A stretch of DNA of 32,000 bases, from assembly GCF_021054785.1 (NCBI RefSeq), contig NZ_CP088239.1:1530001-1562000 (forward strand), written 5' to 3'. The position numbers were made by a program, and so were the translations under genes. The notes under the pieces are model-generated. The model saw nothing but the letters and a program-made list of their open reading frames with translations. It was not told where the DNA came from and did no database searches. Within the stretch, counting starts at the first letter, position 1, and each line of letters begins with the position of its first letter. The DNA is from Tannockella kyphosi (lineage in GTDB: Bacteria; Bacillota_I; Bacilli_A; Erysipelotrichales; Coprobacillaceae). This document shows positions 1-6,316 of the stretch, piece by piece.

Positions 1-479
1 TATAAGAAAGCTATTTTATTATTAGAATCAATTTCTTTCATTTTCATCATTGAATAATGATTAAATGATGAATAATATACTTGCTTTTCTAATTGATATT
101 CTTTTATTAAATCATATACTATTTGTTCAATCCCAGGATAAAAGATATGATCTGTTTTGATTTCTAATTGCAATTCAAGATTAGTTCCTTGTATCAATTG
201 TAATAATTGTTCTAACGTTGGAATTCTAGCTTCAAATCCATCCATCTTATTATTTGCATAAAAAGAACATAACTCATGATATGTATAATCTTTAATAAAT
301 CCTTTTCCATTACAAGTACGATCAATTGTTTCATCATGTATTAATACAGCAATATTATCTTTTGTAAGATGAACATCTGTTTCTATCCCATCTACTTGCA
401 TTTCAATAGCTAGTTTAAAAGCATCTAGCGTATTTTCAGGAGCATAGCCACTAGCTCCTCTATGAGCATATACTAACAT
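1..479 (-). CDS. glycerophosphodiester phosphodiesterase (GDPD family), 5' part only; gene runs off the left edge
   Basis: Own minus-strand translation from the ATG at 479-477 gives MLVYAHRGASGYAPENTLDAFKLAIEMQVDGIETDVHLTKDNIAVLIHDETIDRTCNG... It carries the HRG..PENT and E-x-D-V-H-x-TKD motifs of GDPD/UgpQ-type enzymes. The frame stays open to base 1. It is absent from the ORF track because it is truncated. Confidence 0.8.
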   Translation of the reverse strand, partial: MLVYAHRGASGYAPENTLDAFKLAIEMQVDGIETDVHLTKDNIAVLIHDETIDRTCNGKGFIKDYTYHELCSFYANNKMDGFEARIPTLEQLLQLIQGTNLELQLEIKTDHIFYPGIEQIVYDLIKEYQLEKQVYYSSFNHYSMMKMKEIDSNNKIAFL

Positions 480-480
480 A

Positions 481-1302
481 TTACAAGAAGAAATATCCTA
501 AAACCATAAGTCCTAATACAATACGATACCACCCAAAAACAGTAAAATCATTCTTCTTAATATATTGCATTAAAAACTTAATTGCTACAATCGAAACAAC
601 AAAAGCTACAACCATCCCTAATACTAAAGTCATGATTTCTGCACTTGTAAATACGAACCCAAACTTTAACATCTTTAATAAGCTAGCTCCAAACATAACG
701 GGTATTGCTAGAAAGAAAGTGAACTCTGCTGCAACTGTTCTACTCATTCCTATTAAGATCCCACCTAATATCGTAGCTCCAGATCTAGAAGTACCTGGAA
801 TTAACGCTAATAATTGGAATATTCCAATAAAGAAAGCTAATTTATAAGTAACATCTTTTAATTCTGTTACTTGTGGTTGTTTGTTTTTATTTCTTTTTTC
901 AACAATAATAAATAAAATACCATAAATAATTAATGTACAAGCAACTGTAAATGGATTATAAAACATAGCATCAATAATATCATCAAATAAAATACCTATA
1001 ATAGCAGCAGGAACACAAGCTACTATAATCTTAAACCATAATGACATTGTGTCATAATCTATTAATATCTTTCCATGATTTTTCTTTAAAGGTAATAATT
1101 TCCAAAAGTATATTACTACAACAGCCATAATAGCTCCTAATTGAATCACTACTAAAAAGAACTCCATAAATGCATCACTAACATTTAATTTAATAAACTC
1201 ATCTACTAAAATCATATGTCCTGTACTACTAATTGGTAACCATTCACTAATACCTTCTACAACACCTAAAAAGATTACTTTTAATATCTCTATCATTTCC
1301 AT
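481..1302 (-). CDS. uppP: undecaprenyl-diphosphate phosphatase (BacA/UppP)
   Basis: 273-aa polytopic membrane ORF with the UppP signatures [14 protein letters not shown] near the N-terminus and [10 protein letters not shown] in the middle. Confidence 0.92.
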   Translation of the reverse strand: MEMIEILKVIFLGVVEGISEWLPISSTGHMILVDEFIKLNVSDAFMEFFLVVIQLGAIMAVVVIYFWKLLPLKKNHGKILIDYDTMSLWFKIIVACVPAAIIGILFDDIIDAMFYNPFTVACTLIIYGILFIIVEKRNKNKQPQVTELKDVTYKLAFFIGIFQLLALIPGTSRSGATILGGILIGMSRTVAAEFTFFLAIPVMFGASLLKMLKFGFVFTSAEIMTLVLGMVVAFVVSIVAIKFLMQYIKKNDFTVFGWYRIVLGLMVLGYFFL

Positions 1303-1390
1303 TATGATGTCCTCACTTTCACTTTTTCTAGTATATCATAGTCCTTTCAAAAAAAGAACTTTAATATCCATATTTAAAATACTCCTTCCA

Positions 1391-1789
1391 TTATTTTTTC
1401 TTTTCAGGTTTTGACTTAAACTTTTCATGATTCATATACTTGTCATATTCTACGCACAAAGTAGAAGAATGATTCCCTTGATTAACAATGCAACCAAATC
1501 GCATATGACCTACATAACCAAGATAACCTATTTTATAATCTCTATATAAAGACATAATATCATCTGGTCGCCTATCACTTGCAAGTACACCATCTCCATA
1601 GCTAAAACTCTCTTTATCTAATTGCTTAATAAAATGCTCCTTTGTTTCTTTATCCTTCACATGAATATATACACTTCCATATACATCCACCAAGTTTTTA
1701 AGCGTCCTTACTTTAAGTCTTTCCTTTCTTTGTCTTTTTTGATTCTTTTCAAACTCCTTTTTCACTACCTTTTTAATTTCTTTTTTCAT
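1391..1789 (-). CDS. hypothetical protein, 132 aa, Lys/Arg-rich at both ends, no TM segment
   Basis: Complete ORF with an AAGGAGG RBS about 12 nt upstream of the ATG. No family recognised. It sits directly behind the leader at 1822-1940. Confidence 0.55.
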   Translation of the reverse strand: MKKEIKKVVKKEFEKNQKRQRKERLKVRTLKNLVDVYGSVYIHVKDKETKEHFIKQLDKESFSYGDGVLASDRRPDDIMSLYRDYKIGYLGYVGHMRFGCIVNQGNHSSTLCVEYDKYMNHEKFKSKPEKKK

Positions 1790-1821
1790 TCATCTTTTCT
1801 TCCTCCTTCTTGATTAGAGTA

Positions 1822-1940
1822 GAAAAAGAAAATCCCATCGTTACCGACAGGATTATACGTTCATTCATTCCTTAGCACCTTATTAAAAGCAGGTTGCTGT
1901 ACGATCAATGGTCTTGTCCCTCACGTACTCTAGATAGTTT
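1822..1940 (-). promoter_or_regulatory. candidate S-box (SAM-I-like) riboswitch leader plus intrinsic terminator, upstream of ORF 1391-1789
   Basis: The minus-strand RNA reads CUAUCUAGAG-UACGU-GAGGGA-CAAGACC-AUUGAUCGUA-CAGCAACC-UGCUUUUAAUAAGG-UGCUAA. These are the conserved SAM-I core blocks (AUC.AGAG, GAGGGA, GCAACC, GGUGCUAA) in the correct order, with P2 (UACG/CGUA) and P3 (CCU/AGG) pairings. A 10-bp hairpin with a GUAA tetraloop (1831-1854) and a U-run (1822-1830) follow, then the RBS. A possible promoter TTGAAG-N17-TAATTT with a TG extension lies at 1948-1976. I could not find a convincing P4 or the 3' strand of P1. Confidence 0.4.
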
Positions 1941-2025
1941 ATATTTTAAATTATCATAAAACAGGTTACCCTTCAACATTATTGTTGCATTCATAGAAAT
2001 TGCATGTCCATGCATCCTTATTTTA

Positions 2026-2034
2026 TGCTATACT
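2026..2034 (+). promoter_or_regulatory. possible extended -10 element (TGCTATACT) for the tRNA gene
   Basis: TGnTATACT ends 8 nt before the tRNA 5' end. There is no good -35 at 17-bp spacing. Confidence 0.3.
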
Positions 2035-2042
2035 CTCCTTAT

Positions 2043-2117
2043 ACCCCTGTAGTTAAATGGATATAACAAGTCCCTCCTAAGGATTAGTTATCAGTTCGAT
2101 TCTGGTCGGGGGTGCCA
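2043..2117 (+). tRNA. tRNA-Arg: tRNA-Arg, anticodon CCT, with encoded CCA
   Basis: 75-nt cloverleaf folded by hand. Acceptor ACCCCTG/CGGGGGT (one G-U). D arm GTTA-AATGGATA-TAAC. Anticodon arm AGTCC-CTCCTAA-GGATT (U33, anticodon CCT, A37). T arm ATCAG-TTCGATT-CTGGT. Discriminator G, then CCA. Confidence 0.9.
2075..2109 (+). repeat. att-like direct repeat, copy A (3' part of tRNA-Arg from the anticodon onward)
   Basis: tcctaaggattagttatcagttcgattctggtcgg. The same 35-mer occurs at 4072-4106 and a diverged copy at 16919-16955. Confidence 0.85.
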
Positions 2118-2440
2118 AGAAAGCTAGTGTTTAAGACAATTTTTGGTCTTAACACTCGATTTATAGATTTTGAAAACAATAAAGTCAGCAAACTTTTTAT
2201 ATAAGTTTTACTGACTTTTTTGTTACTCTTTTTGGTTAAATCCCAGCTAACAAAGCGAGTTCGAATTTTCTATTTTGGCTTACAAAATTCCATTCCAGCT
2301 AACAGGATTTTATATCGTTGCTATATCTTGCTAACAAAGAGTCTGGCTACTAGTTCAAATTTTGTCCTGCAGTAAGTGTTTTAATCATTAACTCAGGCAA
2401 ATTAGGTGATTTATTAATAAGATTTAGCAACTCATTATTC
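2110..2440 (+). repeat. tRNA-distal arm, copy A; homologous with indels to 16956-17215
   Basis: Hand alignment shows long shared blocks, for example ttatagat, aagttttactgactt.tttgttactcttttt, tagttcaaattttgtc and taagtgttttaatca.taactcag. Copy A has roughly 12-nt and 55-60-nt insertions relative to copy C. Confidence 0.75.
2182..2222 (+). terminator. intrinsic terminator downstream of the tRNA
   Basis: Stem AAGTCAGCAAAC / GTTTTACTGACTT followed by TTTTTTGTT. It is preceded by a second hairpin, GTGTTTAAGAC / GTCTTAACAC, at 2127-2155. Confidence 0.6.
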
Positions 2441-2457
2441 TTATCAGTGAAATTAAA

Positions 2458-2486
2458 CAAAAGAAAGCTAGAAACAGTTTCTAGCC
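2458..2486 (-). terminator. intrinsic terminator of the 2512-3855 gene (T-runs on both sides)
   Basis: Stem GCTAGAAA / TTTCTAGC flanked by an A-run on the plus strand and TTTCTTTT on the minus strand. Confidence 0.65.
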
Positions 2487-2511
2487 TGTTTTTGTATTAT
2501 ATTATAAGCTA

Positions 2512-3855
2512 TTAAAAATATTTAACTTTCATTTTATTACTACTAATTTCCTTTTTTGTATAAACTATAAATTTTCCAGATCCTATTTTAGTAATAAGAT
2601 TTTTATCTAAAAGCCCCTTTAAATACTTGTTAGCCATTGTTTTTGATATACCAAGTAACTCTTCAACGTCTTTCCTAACTATGTTTTCACGCTTTTCAAT
2701 AAACGCAATAATTTCATGCTCCTCTTTTTTAAGAAGAACATTATCATTTATCACTTTTCTTTCGGTAATTTCATTTGTATTAAATAGCGTTATTTTAAAT
2801 GCATTATCACTTGTTTTTATCGATGGTTCTAGATTAGTATATTCATCATAACTTTCCATAATTTTTAAAATCCCTGTTCCATAAGCTTCGATTAGTTTTA
2901 ATCTATAAAAAACATTTGCCAAATTTTTATTTCTGAGTATCGATACCCCTAAAAGCATATCATCTTTAGTAATACCACGTAATAACCCTCCTACTGTAAC
3001 AATTTCGATACGGTTATCAAATATACTTATTAGTGTACTAGAACTAAATGAGTAGTCTCTATGAACTAATGCATTTAATAAAGCTTCTCTAATTGCTATT
3101 TGAGGATAATCATAGTTATCCACTCTTTTCAAACCATGTATTTCTGCTCTATTTCGATTATGTTTTCCGATAAACTCAAATGCATCATAAAGTTGCTTAA
3201 ATAATGAACCGGTAAATTCTATTCTATCTTTAAATATCGCTTTGCTTTCTCCTTCAAAGACAGCAGCTTTTATAGTATGAACACATTGCTCTGATAACAA
3301 TAAAGCAAGATTACTATAAAGTCCATCAATACCTAAAAGATTTAAAGATATCATTTGTTCTTTTAGAAATTTCAGATTTGCTTGATCAAATTCTTTTTTA
3401 CAAAAATCAAAAGTTAAATCTTGATTTATTGAACGTAGTTCTTCATATTCATCACTTGATGTCTCTTTAATCATTTTTATAATTAAAGTTTCACTTGCTG
3501 GAACCGATGACGCTCCCTGCCTTATAAATATCCCCTCAGGTCTTATTCCTTTAGAACCAATATAATACGGTCTCATTGTTCCTCTTTGCACAGCAATCAC
3601 AACGATATTTTTATTCTCTATCGTTTCTACTTGATAATCAATGAACATTGTTATATCAGGTTTTATTGTATCTCTAATCATATTGGTACATTTAAGAAAT
3701 ACATTATCAACATCATCTACCCCGAGTACAGATAAGTCATTACTGATTCCAATATAAATTTTACCTCCAGTTGTATTAGCAAATGCGATAACCGTTTTCT
3801 TAATTTCATCCGTATATTCTCTTTTATATTCTACGCTTTGATTTTCTAATTGCAT
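2512..3855 (-). CDS. AlbA_2 (Schlafen-type) / HATPase_c_4 / C-terminal winged-HTH protein; family often mis-annotated as RecG-like helicase or as a transcriptional regulator
   Basis: 447-aa ORF with a GGGAGGTG RBS. The N-terminus ESQSVEYK-type start (here ENQSVEYKREYTDEIKKTVIAFANTTGGKIYIGI) is the AlbA_2 signature. REALLNALVHRDYS...IEIVTVGGL...RNKNLANVFYRLKLIEAYGTGI is the HATPase_c_4 signature. The C-terminus EEHEIIAFIEKRENIVRKDVEELLGISKTMANKYLKGLLDKNLI is wHTH-like. Confidence 0.8.
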   Translation of the reverse strand: MQLENQSVEYKREYTDEIKKTVIAFANTTGGKIYIGISNDLSVLGVDDVDNVFLKCTNMIRDTIKPDITMFIDYQVETIENKNIVVIAVQRGTMRPYYIGSKGIRPEGIFIRQGASSVPASETLIIKMIKETSSDEYEELRSINQDLTFDFCKKEFDQANLKFLKEQMISLNLLGIDGLYSNLALLLSEQCVHTIKAAVFEGESKAIFKDRIEFTGSLFKQLYDAFEFIGKHNRNRAEIHGLKRVDNYDYPQIAIREALLNALVHRDYSFSSSTLISIFDNRIEIVTVGGLLRGITKDDMLLGVSILRNKNLANVFYRLKLIEAYGTGILKIMESYDEYTNLEPSIKTSDNAFKITLFNTNEITERKVINDNVLLKKEEHEIIAFIEKRENIVRKDVEELLGISKTMANKYLKGLLDKNLITKIGSGKFIVYTKKEISSNKMKVKYF

Positions 3856-3887
3856 AAATGCACCTCCCTTCTAATAGCATTCTATCA

Positions 3888-3934
3888 CTGTTCGAACACC
3901 AATACAAGTGTTCGAACACAAAACAAGTGTTCAA
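3888..3934. promoter_or_regulatory. three tandem operator-like sites built on the palindrome GTGTTCGAACAC, overlapping the putative promoter of 2512-3855
   Basis: ctGTTCGAACAC lies at 3888-3899, the perfect 12-bp palindrome GTGTTCGAACAC at 3908-3919, and the half-site caaGTGTTCaa at 3924-3934. The sites are spaced 19-20 bp apart. On the minus strand, TTGTAT-N17-TAGAAT encloses the first site. Confidence 0.5.
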
Positions 3935-4071
3935 TAAGAGCTATAATAATTTTTTTATTTATACGAGTTGTTTTTCAACGCTTAATCATCTGTATATTCC
4001 ATACATATTTGTCTTAACATTTATGCGCAAAATATACAATCTTAAGTTCGTCATAAATCTTCATACCGAAT

Positions 4072-4106
4072 TCCTAAGGATTAGTTATCAGTTCGATTCT
4101 GGTCGG
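4072..4106 (+). repeat. att-like direct repeat, copy B (displaced tRNA-Arg 3' half)
   Basis: 35/35 identical by eye to 2075-2109. After it the acceptor end is corrupted (ggagggggcca), followed by a shortened version of the tRNA terminator region (..aagattttcagcttttttgttt..). Confidence 0.85.
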
Positions 4107-4214
4107 AGGGGGCCAAAAAATAATGCTGCTAGCCTAAAGATTTTCAGCTTTTTTGTTTACACACAACTCTTATCTAAGATAAATATGTTTTTAATATATA
4201 TAAAACTTTGCTAA

Positions 4215-4729
4215 GAGGTAATTAACAAAGCAATAACATCACAAATTACTAGGAGTAAGTGGTAAATATGATTTATTTCATTACTTAAAACTTGCTGTGT
4301 TGCTACAATTTTTGATAAGATTTCTAATAGCTCAGGTCCATATCTTGCGTAGGAGTTTCTTTTACTTACTTTGATTCTTGCAAATAAGCTCCATTATAAT
4401 ATGCATCTACCAATCCGTGACATCGATTGCTCATGCCTTGTTTTTCTAATTGAGTTTTGAATACACTTCTTATGTACTGAAATTATCTGCCGTTATAATA
4501 TATATAGACTTGCTTTTATTGCATTCATTAATGATTCATTAGTAAGTTCTATATGATTCTTTTGACTTACTGATAAACTAATACCACTTCTGTCATATAA
4601 ATCTAAATACGAACTGATATAGACTTTCTCCTTGATCCCTGGATAAGCTATTTCCGTAATATCTGTACACCATACTTTATTAGGGTTTAATACTTCAAAT
4701 TCTCGATTAAGTGTGTTTTCATCTATAAT
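4215..4729 (-). mobile_element. IS3-family (IS150-like) transposase OrfB remnant, non-functional
   Basis: Minus-strand translation gives IIDENTLNREFEVLNPNKVWCTDITEIAYPGIKEKVYISSYLDLYDRSGISLSVSQKNHIELTNESLMNAIKA. After stops and frameshifts it continues ..SMSRIGRC..SLFARIK..ELLEILSKIV. These match the DDE/rve blocks of IS3 OrfB. There is no OrfA, no start codon and no recognisable terminal repeats. Confidence 0.7.
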
Positions 4730-4757
4730 TTATAGCTCCTTTCTTGTTTTAGGGTAT

Positions 4758-4784
4758 AAAAAAACACCTCCGAAGAAGGTGTTC
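4758..4784 (-). terminator. intrinsic terminator after the toxin pseudogene
   Basis: Minus strand ACACCT-tcttcgg-AGGTGT followed by TTTTTTT. Confidence 0.65.
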
Positions 4785-4801
4785 GATTAAATGTTCTACT
4801 A

Positions 4802-5108
4802 TTATTTTAATATAGTATCAAAATTTCTTTTACCATACAAAACACGAGCTATATTAACTTTGGTTGTTTCGTTATTTATTGTGTAAAAAATACAATAATT
4901 ATCGACAGGCGTCATTCGTAAATGTTGCCATTTAGAATTATCATATACCCGGTGTCTTTCGAGCAATGAATCAAGGGATAATATACCTTGCTATAATCGT
5001 TCTATCAGTTTAATTGCAGTATCTGGTTCTAGTAAACTATATGCGATATACCGATAAATTGCATATATATATCTTCTTTTGCATCCTTAGAAACATCTAC
5101 CGTATATA
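4802..5108 (-). pseudogene. ParE/RelE-family type II toxin, inactivated by a frameshift and an in-frame stop
   Basis: Hand translation gives ..YTVDVSKDAKEDIY, then a frameshift, then IYRYIAYSLLEPDTAIKLIERL, then a TAG, then QGILSLDSLLERHRVYDNSKWQHLRMTPVDNYCIFYTINNETTKVNIARVLYGKRNFDTILK and the stop. The C-terminal N-Y-x-I-F-Y..V-x-I-x-R-V-L-Y-G-x-R block is typical of ParE/RelE. It sits immediately downstream of the antitoxin. Confidence 0.7.
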
Positions 5109-5411
5109 TTATATCTCAAATTCCTTACGTAAATCTGAAAAAACTTTTTGTGCAGGTTCTACATCACCATTTTCAATACTAGTCAATCCTTTTTGAATTT
5201 CATTGATAAACTCAGCTTCACTCATTCTTCCCACATCTAAAGAGTGTGGTGGCATTTTTACTTCAAATGGTAAACCTCTTTGAAGAATAATCTGTTTATA
5301 AAACATATTTATTGCAGTTGATGCAGGTATTCCTAGTGTAGCTAAAATAGTTTCGGCTTGTTCTTTTACATCGGGTTCTATTCTTACATATAAATTTGCT
5401 GACTTTGCCAT
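5109..5411 (-). CDS. RelB/DinJ-family type II antitoxin (intact)
   Basis: MAKSANLYVRIEPDVKEQAETILATLGIPASTAINMFYKQIILQRGLPFEV matches the DinJ ribbon-helix-helix pattern. An AAGGAG RBS lies 8 nt before the ATG at 5411. The longer track ORF (to 5429) starts at a TTG without an RBS. Confidence 0.8.
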   Translation of the reverse strand: MAKSANLYVRIEPDVKEQAETILATLGIPASTAINMFYKQIILQRGLPFEVKMPPHSLDVGRMSEAEFINEIQKGLTSIENGDVEPAQKVFSDLRKEFEI

Positions 5412-5457
5412 ATAAAAAACTCCTTTCAAAGTTATATATATTTGTTATATGCAGTTG

Positions 5458-6294
5458 TCAGTACAATAGCAATACATCGATAATATCATCTACTGTGACA
5501 ATTCCTAGCATTGATCCACGACGATTCACTACCCCTAACACCTTTAAATCATACTTAGAAACTAAGTTAGATGCTTGTTCCTGATCTTCTAGTAACGAAG
5601 TTATCACTCATGATTTGCTGTATGATTTGGCCATTCCCTGCCAAGAAAATATCTCGAAGATCCGCAGTTCCAATCAAATGATTTTTGTCATCTATAACAA
5701 AAATTGTTTCAATAACTTCCGTTTCTGGACCGATTTTTTGATTTTTTGTAAGGATTCAGCAATAGACAAAGTTCCCTTAAGAGCAATGTATTCAGTGGTC
5801 ATAATACTTCCAACAGTATCATCTGGATATAATGGTAACTTTTGTAGTGTTTCCTTATCCTCTCTGCGAATAGACTTCAAAATTTCTTTTTGAACCCCAA
5901 CGTGCAATTCCCCTAAAACATCTGCAATGTCATCATTGGACATGTTTTGAAATAAGGAGAGAATATCTGATACTGATAATGCCGTGACAATCGCATTTTG
6001 TAGAGGTGCTTCTGCCTTCTCCAATATTTTTGCCATGTGAATACAGTCAATTTTTTTATAAAACGCCAATAAGGACCCCTTATCAAACTTCTCCAAAGCT
6101 ATTGCAATATCGATCAAATAAACGGAGTCGATGACCTGATGTAGAGACTGAACAGTACTAGTAAATAACAATTCCTGTATTTGATTTTCAGTACAAGACT
6201 CCCGCTCCTTTCGAGTTAAGACTTCGATTAAATTGGAAACTTCTTGTAATACAGAATCTGTGTTTTGATTTCCACAAGCATTCATTCGTTTCAC
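5458..6294 (-). pseudogene. mgtE: mgtE magnesium transporter remnant: MgtE_N plus CBS pair only, frameshifted, TM domain missing
   Basis: Track ORF 5692-6294 covers the MgtE N-domain and the start of the CBS region (YPDDTVGSIMTTEYIALKG). Two other frames continue it: ETIFVIDDKNHLIGTADLRDIFLAGNGQIIQQIMSDNFV, then LLEDQEQASNLVSKYDLKVLGVVNRRGSMLGIVTVDDIIDVL and a stop. The five-TM channel domain that normally follows DDIIDV is absent. Confidence 0.75.
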
Positions 6295-6316
6295 CTCTTG
6301 TTATCAATTACATCAG

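Noticed and set aside
3888-3934. Possible LexA (Cheo) box or mini-CRISPR formed by the repeated GTTCGAAC units
   Set aside because: The Firmicutes LexA box is GAAC-N4-GTTC. Here the half-sites are abutted in the opposite arrangement (GTTC-GAAC). Three 12-mers at 19-20-bp spacing are far too short and too few for a CRISPR array, and no cas genes are present.
3990-4071. Weak similarity between the sequences immediately left of att copies B and C (taacatttatgcgcaaaa versus taacactttgtgcactaaa)
   Set aside because: About 13 of 19 positions match, with gaps, and the distances to the core differ. This is not distinguishable from chance by eye.
3858-4214. 118-aa plus-strand ORF in the track
   Set aside because: It runs through the operator/promoter region of the AlbA_2 gene and across att copy B. 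Its composition is low-complexity and AT-driven. It has no RBS and no recognisable family, so it is treated as non-coding.
5014-5893. Plus-strand track ORFs 5014-5196, 5396-5584 and 5615-5893, and the reading of 5692-6294 as an intact 200-aa gene
   Set aside because: The plus-strand ORFs are shadows of the toxin pseudogene, the antitoxin and the mgtE remnant. ORF 5692-6294 is only the first frame of a frameshifted mgtE.
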